Assembly: GCA_002269645.1 (NCBI GenBank)
Contig: NIVC01002284.1
Coordinates: 62,001-126,000, forward strand
Reading direction: 5' to 3'
Origin: Macrostomum lignano
Lineage: Eukaryota
DNA: 64,000 bases
The notes under the pieces were generated by a model. It saw only the letters and a program-made list of their open reading frames with translations, was not told where the DNA came from and did no database searches. The position numbers and the translations under genes were made by a program. Every line of letters begins with the position of its first letter. Position 1 is the stretch's first letter. Of the stretch, positions 14,665 to 24,867 are shown in pieces.

Positions 14665-14870
14665 ACCGAGCAGACTTGGGTGGTCGCCGATGGTTTGAAC
14701 TCCTTGCGTCGGAGCGCAACCAGCCACTTTCTCTTCATTTCAGTGTCTTTTGGAAAAAAATGGAAGGACACTGCCGGAGACATTGACGAGTTGTTCGAGC
14801 AGCCTAGAGCGCAGCAAAAGCTGCCGTGACTTTTTCTGCTAGGCAGTTTTGAAGAATTAGATTCTTCCAT
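14665..14870 (-). CDS. P1 transposase, 5' part (N-terminal half of THAP domain)
   Basis: MEESNSS..CCALGC..SFHFFP..W..R..P..VCS. Removing P2 and one TSD copy joins it in frame to VHFADS (206+2626 nt = 943 aa plus stop). Confidence 0.9.
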
Positions 14871-15448
14871 GGCAGTTCGATTTGGTGAGGATTGATTTAG
14901 ATTAGACTGAAGCAGCTTGCTTTGTATTTCAAGTATGTGTTTTATAAGTTTATATTTTTGGCCCCAGACCACTTTAATATATAGCTACATATCAACGCAG
15001 GCGGAAAGAAAAGCAGGCCTGTACCCTAACTTCTTGCCCAAGCACAATTATCGATCGTTTTCGAGTAGGGAGAGAGGGACCATTTTTTCCACTGTCATTT
15101 GGTCAAAAACAAGCCCAAGCAAGAAATGCGGGATGCGCAGTCTAGTTATATTTCTTGGTCTGTGATTTATACTTTGTGCGTCAGTGGGCAGGGGGATGGG
15201 TTAGTACTTAGTACGTTTTGGGTATTGTAGAGAGAATTGAATGTACGGAGGACAGATGTGAACAGTTTTTTTCGATCCTACTCGTATAAATGTAACAAAG
15301 GGGAATGCTTGGTAAGATCGCAATCACAGAGACAAACTTCTGAATCCAATCTTAAACTTTCAACTACAATTTTTATCGATTTACTTTTACCAAATTACTA
15401 AGCTAGTAAGTAACTAAGTAAGTGAGTTAGTAAGTAACAGTATTACTT

Positions 15449-17811
15449 ATGGATAAGTGGCTTATAAGGCCACAAAAGCGCATACGCGAAGATGAGTCAG
15501 ATGCGGCAGAAACTGCTGCAGCCGGAGAACTACAAGTTGCGCAGTCGACAGGAGAGCAGCGGAATGCACAATTAACGGAAGAGATGCAAGGTCAACAGCA
15601 AACTCGACGAAAGTTTTTAACGAAGTGGCTAGCAGATTTCAAATGGGCAAGATTCGATGCAGCTAGTAACACTGTTACCTGCAAATATTGTGTTGAGCAT
15701 GCATGTGGCCACTGGAAGTCAACGAAGAGTGTTCTAACAGCTTGGAAAGAAGGATGGACAAGAAAGCAGCTGCAACAACACGAAGAAAGCGACACGCATG
15801 TAAGAGCTAAAGAGGCGCAGTATCAGCGACCAAAGGAGGTGATTACTAAGAAGATTGTACAGATGACGGACCAGCAAAGCACTGCGCTTTTGTCGAAATT
15901 ACATGCTGTACACTTTACAGCAAAGAACCTCATCTCTCAGCACAGAACTACACAGGTGCATCAACTGATTTCAAATGAAGTCAAATTCATTTGTGCTCGT
16001 ACTGGCGTAGATGTGGCATTGCCAACTGCTGATCACGCTTCGAATTGGTCGACCCGACAGTTTGCTTTTGCACTTGCAAAGACTGTGCTTCTAAAGGATC
16101 TTGAGCAGCTGCGCAGCGCGGCTTGTTTCACCATCCATATTGATGAAAGCACAGACATTACATCAACCAAGAAGTTGCTCATTTATGTGCAATACCCGGA
16201 TATTGAGCAGCGCAAGCTTCTTCATAAATTTTTCAAGCTGATCGAGCTTGGGGCGACAGACGCTGACTCAATATCAAGTGCTGTGGTAAGCGCTTTTCAG
16301 CAGGAAAACGTTGACATTTCTAAATGTGTCATGTGCGTATCGGATGGAGCCAGTGTCATGCTGGGTGCACGTAACGGCGTCGTAGCTCGGCTGAAGCGAA
16401 TAGTTCCTCACATCGTTGAATTCCATTGTCTCGCACACCGCCAGGCACTATCTATCAATCAATCATGCATTCGACAGCATAGTTAAGTTTGTCGAGTTTG
16501 AGAGCCGCATTCGTGACCTCATCCGTTATCTCCATACTGCAAAGCACACGAAACAGCTGAAAAAGGTTGGAGAAGTCATCGGTGAGACTAGGATTTTCGA
16601 GATTCGTTGGCTATCGCGAGTAAGTGTTATTCGCTCGCTGGTTCGAAATCTAAAAGCAATTCAGTTGTTCCTAAAGGATGCAGCAACCAACGAAGATTCA
16701 GCCATTGGTCTTTTTAAGCGAGTGACGTCCACTGAGTTTTTGCTCATGCTGCATCATCTGATGGATGTACTCATGTCTCTTGAGGTTCTTTGCAAGCAGT
16801 TGCAGGTACGGAATGTTCATCCACTGGACGCATTCTCATGGATTAAGAGCTGCATAGCCACGCTTACCGAGATGTACCTGTGCGATGGCGTCATCGGAGG
16901 AAAAAACTAATCAACAGATTGTCTCGGAGTTTGCGAAGGGAGACTTGGAGGAACGGAGCATTCTCATTCAAGATGACGACGCGCTAAATGCTTTTGGTGC
17001 AGTCAGCGCTGTTGTGCAGGAAGATGTTGTTCAGCTTGTCTCAAAGATCTGTCAGAGTCTACGAGACAGATCTGATGCAAATAACAATGTTATTCGCGCT
17101 ACTGGAATTTTCAAACCCGAAATCTACCACGACATGATGCCGAAGGATCTGCCCGCATATGGTGATGAGCAGCTGAGGCTACTTCTAAGTCATTTTAGCA
17201 GCTTGCTAGATATCGATGAGAATGAGGCGGTTGACGAGTTCTTAACGGCGAAGAGGCAAATGCGAATGAAGAGTAGCTGGTCGGACTCTTTGTACGACAT
17301 CGCCACAGATCGAGAATTATTTCCCAATTTGTGCAAGCTCGCAGAGGTGCTGCTCTCTTTTGACTCTTCAAATGGTGAAGTTGAGCGCGGCTTCAGTGTG
17401 CACAACAACATCAAAACCAAGCTGCGTAATCGATGGACTACTTACAAGCTGGATGAGCAGATGCGCATTGTGCTCGATGATACGCCTCTTGAGAATTTCG
17501 ATTACGAGAAGGCTCTCATGATCTGGTCAACGTACAAGGCACCTGAGACCCGCCGCCAGAACAGTGTCGATAATTCACCACTGCTTAAGCGAGGCCGCTA
17601 CGCTAAGTTTTCAGTTGCAGGGCACACGAAAACATCTGGCCATTCTTCTGCAGGCGCGGCTGCAGAAGTCACCGTCTTAACAGCAGCTGAAACTAAACAA
17701 ACTTCAGGCGCCATGGATGATGAGCAACAGCTTGACAAAAGTGACGTGGACTTGGATAGTTCTGATGACGAACGGTGTGGTTGGTGGATCGGCGATGGCG
17801 GTGATGAGTGA
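15449..17811 (+). pseudogene. hAT transposase (ZNF862/C17orf113-like) with two frameshifts
   Basis: TTF-type zinc finger (KW..F.W...CKYC...HEES.H), IDESTD, DGASVM, HCLAH, RWLS and the dimerisation-domain motif SSNGEVERGFS..NNIKTKLRNR, spread over ORFs 15449-16486, 16416-16910 and 16885-17811. Confidence 0.9.
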
Positions 17812-17936
17812 TTTTGCTGATCAAAATGACAATGCCAATGCACTACTCTATTTACTATTTTTTAATTATTCACCTATGAAAATGCAATGCGCTGCTTTAT
17901 TATTTACTCATTAGTACATTAATACCCATGCTTTAA

Positions 17937-20132
17937 CCTTTTCAAGCCTGAATTCCTAAATAGAAAGCTCCGTTCCTGCCGGCATGGTCAGCAGAGCTGA
18001 CCATAGACTATTTCAAGTTTTCAGTGAACTGAATTGCACTGCCACTCCTGCCGATAAGCCAGCCATCGCTGGTCTAATCTAGGGTTGAAGGAGAATGTAC
18101 ATTTGGAATGGGTTGCACACACGCTTATCAAAACTGTACAAGACTGGCCATAGACAGTCCAGTTTTAGTATATTAAGGGCTGTGCCAAATTCTGTACAAT
18201 TCTATTCATGTAATTCAAATCAATCCAAATATGGATATTCTGTTGACTTCCGACTCCGAAAGTGACGCTGGAATAGCGGAGAACTCCGAGTCGTCTGAGC
18301 CGGTCACTATCAGCGAAGTAGAAGACGATTGGCAGTTTGTGGAGCCAGGCGAAGACATTGTTGAAGACGGCCCCAGTTTCACTGGAATTTCGGGTGTAAA
18401 CCCCAGCATTGTCCTTCCCGAAGACCGTGAAGACATCCAATATTTTCTACGACTGTTTCTAACCGATGAGCTGCTGGATAAGATCGTGGAGTGGACAAAC
18501 GCAAAAGCTTGGGCTGAGTATGAGCAGGCGACACATGATGGAGAAGATGTTTCGAGCTTGCTGAAGTCATGGAAGGACACAAACCGCAGTGAGATATCCA
18601 AGCTGTTGGGTATGTACCTGTTCATGGGCATCTCACGGAAGCCGGAACTGCATGATTACTGGAGCACCAGTGTCATTCACAGTACTCCGTTTTTTCAATC
18701 GCCCAATGGCTTGACCCGTGACCGATTCAAGCAGCTGCTGGCCTTCCTTCGTTTCTACGATGCACGAGCACCCGCCTCGAACGACCCACTGCACAAGATT
18801 CGGCCGCTGCTCCGTCTGGCTCAGCAGCTCTGCGCGAACGTGTACCAGCCGGAGCAGCAGGTCAGCGTCGACGAGTCCCTGATTCTGTACAAGGGGCGCC
18901 TTCAGTTTAGGCAGTACATCCCATCGAAGAGAGCCAGAGTTGGAATTAAAATGTACTGCGCCTGTGAGTCTGCATCTGGCTACCTGTATAACTTTCTAGT
19001 ACATTCGACTGCTGAAGAGAACTCTCATTTTGGCGACGACCTCGGTTGTGACCAGCTGTCTCTAAGCGAGAAAATCGTAGTGCACCTTTGCAAGGACCTG
19101 CTCGGTTTCGGCTATCACCTTTTCGTCGACAAGTGGTTTGCCTCAGTACGGCTTGCGACTTTTCTGTACGAACGCAGCACACTGCTGACAGCAACTGTTC
19201 GAGCCGACCGTGGAGTGCCGTTGGCATTGCGCAGTCAGCAGGTGCCGTTGAATGACGTAGTTTTCATGAGGAAGCTGCCAGTGCTGGCCATGAAAATCCT
19301 GGAGCGCAAGGAAAGCGGCTTGAAAACATTCTTCATGATCGACACCCACGGCTCAGCTCAGAAAGTAGCGACGAACCGAATTCGCAAGAATGGTGAAGCT
19401 GTGCAAGTGCAGAAAAGCGCCTCGAACCTGCTGTACAACCGCTGCATGGGAGGCGTTGACCGACTCGATGCCATGCTGAAACCGTACGACAGCTGCCGCA
19501 AAACCTACAAGTGGTTTCATAAGTTGGGGTTTCATCTCTGCCTGCTGCTTGTACACAATGCATGGGTTGTATACTCAAAGCACGGTGGCCGGCTGCAGTT
19601 CTTCAAATTCCTGGAGAGCTGTATCACCCTACTGGTTGACTCCACGGGACCAGGAAGACAGCGAACGGCAGCTAGGCAACCAGCGGCGGCCGCAGCTCAG
19701 CAGCACTTTCCATCAAAGCTGCCTCCGAGGGAATCGTGCCCGAGGCCGGTGAAGCGATGCCGCCTGTGCTACCGCAACGGCACTGCGAAGCGCACCGTGT
19801 TCTGCTGCAGTGCGTGTCCGAATCATGGATGAATGAATAGAATGGATTGCTATTCTGGCTCTGGCTATTTTCGTTTTTGACTCTTTTGCATCCGGTTCCC
19901 CCCCCCGTGCCTTTTCATTGGTTGATGATTGCCATAGACAATTTTCGGCCTTCGCCCCTTTCTTTCGATGGGTATTACTATTATTGTGCCATAGACATTT
20001 GTGTCCTAATTTGCATTAAAGTAAGTTTGGCATAGACAATCGGGCGTTTAATGTCATTAACTGCCCGCTAATTTGCATTAGTAAGTTTGACTCCTGCAAG
20101 CGGGCTTAAATGTAGTCTATGGCATTAAAAGG
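17937..20132 (+). mobile_element. piggyBac element nested in the hAT 3' region (right boundary uncertain)
   Basis: TTAA at 17933-17936 followed by CCTTTTCAAGCC. The candidate right end GGCATTAAAAGG (20121-20132) is a 10/12 inverted match but is followed by CAAG, not TTAA. Repeated (G)CCATAGAC subterminal motifs near both ends. Confidence 0.55.
18231..19832 (+). CDS. piggyBac transposase (PGBD4-like, DDE_Tnp_1_7), 533 aa
   Basis: DDD triad contexts VSVDESL, FVDKWF and MGGVDRLD; FRQYIPSKRAR.GIK motif; the Cys-rich tail CRLC..T..CCSAC ends early. Confidence 0.9.
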   Translation: MDILLTSDSESDAGIAENSESSEPVTISEVEDDWQFVEPGEDIVEDGPSFTGISGVNPSIVLPEDREDIQYFLRLFLTDELLDKIVEWTNAKAWAEYEQATHDGEDVSSLLKSWKDTNRSEISKLLGMYLFMGISRKPELHDYWSTSVIHSTPFFQSPNGLTRDRFKQLLAFLRFYDARAPASNDPLHKIRPLLRLAQQLCANVYQPEQQVSVDESLILYKGRLQFRQYIPSKRARVGIKMYCACESASGYLYNFLVHSTAEENSHFGDDLGCDQLSLSEKIVVHLCKDLLGFGYHLFVDKWFASVRLATFLYERSTLLTATVRADRGVPLALRSQQVPLNDVVFMRKLPVLAMKILERKESGLKTFFMIDTHGSAQKVATNRIRKNGEAVQVQKSASNLLYNRCMGGVDRLDAMLKPYDSCRKTYKWFHKLGFHLCLLLVHNAWVVYSKHGGRLQFFKFLESCITLLVDSTGPGRQRTAARQPAAAAAQQHFPSKLPPRESCPRPVKRCRLCYRNGTAKRTVFCCSACPNHG

Positions 20133-20745
20133 CAAGAATAAGTGCCCAGCGGGCACAAAGGTCATGGTACAATTTTCAATTATGCATCGATGACAATGCC
20201 AATGCGTTACTTTCTATTTATTCATTTTTCAACAGTAAACTACAGGTAACTTTTCCCTTGTCAATGCGATACTGCAACGCCATCTAATTTACTTGAAATT
20301 TCGAAATCTAGCTTGTTCAGCCTTCAACGAAAGACACAAGAATGCAGTCAAACATTAGCAGCTGTGTTTTAACTCTGAATATAGTCTTGATTAAGTTATT
20401 TGACTGCGCCAGAATCAATTTTTCTAAGAATTCAAGTAAACTACAGAGGCAAAATTAGAAATTTCATGGGGTATTACTCCTCCAAAATGGGGTACTACTC
20501 AGAGGCTTGATACCCCAATTCGGGTACTAATCAACAGCGAAAAAAAAACACTGGTTAAAAATAGCCGCATATCTGGCGACTGTCTATGGCCGGGAGGGCC
20601 TCGGGCCCGCGGTGTACAGTCAGCTCTAGTGAGCGATCTATTCCTAGGCAGCTAACACAGCTAGCAGGCGAGAGCAGTGGTTGGAAAGCACAGATTGGGA
20701 GCCCGAGCGGATTCTAAAGTGCACTCAGGCCAGCCAGTCGCCAGC

Positions 20746-22992
20746 ATGACCGGCAGCTCCAGCATCGTCACCCGCAAGCTCGTGCCGGCGCCGGCCGCGC
20801 CCGAGTCCCGCAACCTCAACAACCTGGCCAACGTGAACAACAGCTCGCACTACCCGCCGGTGCCCTACCCCCCACTGGCGGACTCCAGCGACTATGAGGT
20901 GCAGGTGCACGTGAACTTCCAGACCAGGGAGATGCGCCTGCTGCGCGTGCAGGGCGTCGCCGACACTGAGGGCGCCGACGTGCTGCTGTTCACCAGGCAG
21001 AAATGCCGCGACGACTGCGCGGACAGCGCCTGCCAGGCCTGTCGCACGCAGAAGCTGTACCAAGACCGCGCTGGCGACCCGCAGGGCTCCGTGCCCTTCA
21101 CGCCGCACCAGGAGTATCTGTACTGCCTGCGCTTCGACAAGCAGCCCATCACCGCGCTGCTGGCGCTGACGCCGCGAGAGCAAGACGTTGAAGTGCAGGA
21201 GAAGGGCGTCCTGGCCTACTGGTTCATGAAGTGGCTGGAACGGGCCAAGATCCTCAACCCCACTGGCGCGGTGGACGAGATCGGCAGCAGGCCGCTCGGC
21301 ATCAAGCCGGTCGCCTCCGCCCCGGCCGAGCCCGCGCCGGTGCAGCAGGCGGAGCCGCAACCGTCGCCACCGCCGCCGCCGCCCCCGCCAACATCGCTGC
21401 CGCCCCCACCGCCACCGCCGCCGCCGCCGTCGGAGGTCGAGGACCCGTACGACCAGCTTAAGGAGGAGGCACCGCAAGCGGAGGACCAGGCACCGCAAGC
21501 GGAGGACCAGGCACCGCAAGCAGAGTACCAGGCACCGCAAGCAGAGGACCAGGCACCCGCCACCGAGGAGTGCCCGCACAAGCAGACCAGCGACTACCTG
21601 CCCAACATGCAGGTGATCTACCAGGTAAAGAAGGACCAGCTGGGCGTCGTGCTGCCCAAGCCGGAGCAGCTCACCCGGCCCATCGACATCATTCTGATCT
21701 CGCACGAGGAGGGCAACAGCAAGGTGCAGTCGGTCACGATGGAGCCGGGCGCGGTGAAGAGCGGCAGCAACCTGGTGGCGCTGCGCAACATGGCGTACAC
21801 CCTGCGGGTGCAGCTGCACGGCCTGGGCCGCCCCGTGGACCTGCTGGACTTCATCACCGAGCAGAAGATTTTGCGCGTCCAGGAATCAAAGGATGCCCCC
21901 AAGCAGCTCAACTTCCTGATGGAGCGCCTCATCGAGCAGCGCGGCACCTTTGTGCTGCACATCACTTTCGACGAGAAAATCGTGGAGGTCGGCACGAAGC
22001 CTCTCGGCGAGTTCTACCTGGACGTCGATGTTGACGCGCACCGGATGCTAATCGGCACCATCAAGTCGCACGTGGCCAAGCACTACCGCGTGGAGAAGGT
22101 GCTCAAGGAGACCAACTCGAACATCCTGCTGGCCGACAAGCAGCTCGTGTTTGAGGGCGGCGTGGACCCCGACAGCCTGACAATCCGGGAGAGCATCCCC
22201 ATCGAGCGGATGTCCGACTATCTCATCACGGTGGTGGACCCCACCACCAAGCAGACGCTGCCCACCAGCGTGCTGGCCTTCCAGCGCAACGCCCTGTACG
22301 TCAAAGAGATCAAAAACAGCGACGTCCGCCTGCACGTGACGGTGCAGCGGCAGCCCACCATGGTGTCACAGTCCTCCAACGCCAACAATTGGCGCTCCGC
22401 CGCCTCGCCGCTGATTTCCGTGGACCGGCAGGACCCAAGCGACCCCAGTTCGGCCTTCCACTGCCCGTTCCGCAGCGGCTGGAACTGCTTCCGCATTCAC
22501 CACAGCGCCTGCGCCGAGGGCGACCGCCCGCTGCTGTCTTCTGTCGGCTCCGCCTCGCCCGCTGAGTCCGTCCGGGACGCCGAGACGGCCACCGCGGCCA
22601 CCGGCCAACTGGCGACGTCCTCAACGTCCGAGCCAGTCAGCGGGCGGCGCAGCTCGGCCGCCAAGTCCGCCAGCTTCAGCCTCGACGTCGACCTGCCGGC
22701 GCTGAAGGCCCGCCTGCTGCCCTGCGGCGAGACGGCCGCTGCCCAGCCTCCCAGATCGGCGCTCTTCATCATCTACGAGGAAAGCTACGACGGCAAACTG
22801 CGCTCGACGCCCTGCCACCTGGGCCAGGCCTTCAAGGTGAAGCACTGGTGCAAGTACACCGTCAAGTGCGTCGAGTCCGACTGCCTGAACCCTCTGCTGA
22901 CCTTCTGCATCACCGACAAGGAAGTCGCCGACGTCCGCGCCTGCAGCTCCTCCGTGCGGCTCAGCAAGAGGTTCGTCCACGAGGTCGTCTGA
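20746..22992 (+). CDS. Intronless hypothetical protein, 748 aa, family not recognised
   Basis: Strong GC3 codon bias like the CNOT1 exons; ATG in GCCAGCATGA context; non-repetitive apart from a poly-Pro/EDQAPQA linker. Confidence 0.8.
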   Translation: MTGSSSIVTRKLVPAPAAPESRNLNNLANVNNSSHYPPVPYPPLADSSDYEVQVHVNFQTREMRLLRVQGVADTEGADVLLFTRQKCRDDCADSACQACRTQKLYQDRAGDPQGSVPFTPHQEYLYCLRFDKQPITALLALTPREQDVEVQEKGVLAYWFMKWLERAKILNPTGAVDEIGSRPLGIKPVASAPAEPAPVQQAEPQPSPPPPPPPPTSLPPPPPPPPPPSEVEDPYDQLKEEAPQAEDQAPQAEDQAPQAEYQAPQAEDQAPATEECPHKQTSDYLPNMQVIYQVKKDQLGVVLPKPEQLTRPIDIILISHEEGNSKVQSVTMEPGAVKSGSNLVALRNMAYTLRVQLHGLGRPVDLLDFITEQKILRVQESKDAPKQLNFLMERLIEQRGTFVLHITFDEKIVEVGTKPLGEFYLDVDVDAHRMLIGTIKSHVAKHYRVEKVLKETNSNILLADKQLVFEGGVDPDSLTIRESIPIERMSDYLITVVDPTTKQTLPTSVLAFQRNALYVKEIKNSDVRLHVTVQRQPTMVSQSSNANNWRSAASPLISVDRQDPSDPSSAFHCPFRSGWNCFRIHHSACAEGDRPLLSSVGSASPAESVRDAETATAATGQLATSSTSEPVSGRRSSAAKSASFSLDVDLPALKARLLPCGETAAAQPPRSALFIIYEESYDGKLRSTPCHLGQAFKVKHWCKYTVKCVESDCLNPLLTFCITDKEVADVRACSSSVRLSKRFVHEVV

Positions 22993-23280
22993 CCCCAGCC
23001 GACCCGCCTGTGTTGCGCCGATTCTGCGACCTATTTTTGAATTTGACCGCACAGCATTTGTTTGCCAGTCAGTTTTCTGTTCCTCCAGGCCCCATTATTT
23101 TGAAGAACGAAAACAATAAAAACTCCGCACTTTGCTCTGCTGGCGAGAATTTTGCGGTTGAATTGGCAGCGCAGTTTATAAAATGTCAATTCTTCTGAAG
23201 CCGACAAACGGACCTCCTGCTCTCGTGTTCCTTGCCTGGCATTTTCAAATTTGCTTGGTGGCTTCTTGCAGTCTAATACT

Positions 23281-23775
23281 TAAGTCACTCACTTAGATTG
23301 TGATCTGATACTCAAGTCACTCACTCAGTGTGCGATCTGATCCTCAAGTCACTCTACTCAGTGTGCGATCTGAACCTCAAGTCACTCACTCAGTGTGCGA
23401 TCTGATCCTCAAGTCACTCACTCAGTGTGCGATTTGATCCTCAAGTCACTCTACTCAGTGTGCGATCTGAACCTCAAGTCACTTTACTCAGTGTACGATC
23501 TGATACTCAAGTCACTCACTCAGTGTGCGATCTGATCCTCAAGCCACTCTACTCAGTGTGCGATTTGATCATCGAGTCACTCTACTCAGTGTGCGATTTG
23601 ATCATCGAGTCACTCTACTCAGTGTGCGATCTGATCCTCAAGTCACTCTACTCAGTGTGCGATCTGATCCTCAAGCCACTCTACTCAGTGTGTGATCTGA
23701 TCCTCAAGCCACTCTACTCAGTGTGCGATTTGATCATCGAGTCACTCTACTCAGTGTGCGATCTGATCATTGAGT
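23281..23775. repeat. ~33-bp minisatellite AAGTCACTCTACTCAGTGTGCGATCTGATCCTC
   Basis: Direct tandem periodicity. Confidence 0.93.
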
Positions 23776-24454
23776 CACCAGCCGTTGATTGCATGGCAGG
23801 ATCTGATGAATTCAGTTCAGCCGGTGATTCGCTCCCAATGCATCCCTACTGGCCCCATCAAGTGCAGTGTACCAGATAGAACACGAGAGACATGTACGAG
23901 TTGAAGGCTGAGCTGCATTATCACACTCTTTCTTTCGTTATCTCATCGGAAGTAATTGATTCATTAATATGATTCATCATTACACAGAGCTTTTTTGATT
24001 ACAATTTATTTCCCACGTTTACAATGCCGTCAGTTTAAAGGCTTTTTTCTGCTTTTACTGCCCTAGATAGGGCCGGGCTTAACTAAAAGCAAGATTTCTA
24101 TAACCGCTCTTCTAAATTAATCGAGTTTAGCACTTTTGTACGCTCCAATATCATGTTTACCGATTGGCAGTCCCCTATGCGGCTTCAATTCCTGGAAAAC
24201 TTCATTAACCGTTGACTGGTTGAACATGCTCCTGTCGGAGAAGCGGTTTGAAGTGGTGTGCAGCGGTTCCGCAGCCCCCCCGTAGCCGCTCCAGTTCCGC
24301 TTCTCGATCGATGCCAATGGAAACCACGATGTTGTGAAGAGTTTAAGAGAGGTGATCAGTCACTCGAAAACTCCCACTTCTAGACACTGGACAACAAGTG
24401 CCTATAGGTATATGCAAAATCAAACAACTCTCACTGCGGCGGATCCTCTTGTCC

Positions 24455-24867
24455 CTGAATGGGACAGGGACAGCCCACTGAATGGGACAGGGACAGCCCA
24501 CTGAATGGGACAGGGACAGCCCTACACTGAATGTGACAGGGACAGCCCTACACTGAATGGGACAGGGACAGCCCACTGAATGGGACAGGGACAGCCCACT
24601 GAATGGGACAGGGACAGCCCACTGAATGGGACAGGGACAGCACACTGAATGGGACAGGGACAGCCCACTGAATGGGACAGGGACAGCACACTGAATGGGA
24701 CAGGGACAGCCCACTGAATGGGACAGGGACAGCACACTGAATGGGACAGGGACAGCCCAACACTGAATGGGACAGGGACAGCACACTGAATGGGACAGGG
24801 ACAGCCCACTGAATGGGACAGGGACAGCCCACTGAATGGGACAGGGACAGCCCACTGAATGGGACAG
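24455..24867. repeat. ~23-bp minisatellite GGACAGGGACAGCCCACTGAATG
   Basis: Direct tandem periodicity. Confidence 0.93.

Larger units (their letters stand above)
8116..15164 (-). mobile_element. P-superfamily (THAP9-like) transposon P1, interrupted by P2
   Basis: Perfect 32-bp TIR CACAGACCAAGAAATATAACTAGACTGCGCAT (8116-8147 / 15133-15164); 8-bp TSD ATTTATAC (8108-8115 / 15165-15172). Confidence 0.95.
7713..20553 (+). mobile_element. hAT DNA transposon (12,841 bp including nested insertions; ~3.6 kb backbone)
   Basis: 8-bp TSD GTTAAAAA at 7705-7712 and 20554-20561. Termini CAGGGTTTTTTTT and (reverse complement) CAGTGTTTTTTTT. Clustered subterminal TACCCC/GGGGTA motifs at both ends. Internal hAT transposase at 15449-17811. 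Confidence 0.9.

Noticed and set aside
20677-20745. 23-codon N-terminal extension in the ORF track
   Set aside because: Starts at GTG; the first ATG in good context is at 20746.
20725-23052. Many overlapping ORFs on both strands of the orphan gene (and likewise across CNOT1 exons)
   Set aside because: Expected shadows of GC3-rich coding sequence; no independent motifs.
24117-24317. 66-aa minus-strand ORF MASIEKRNWSGYGG..
   Set aside because: No recognisable family, splice partner or codon bias.
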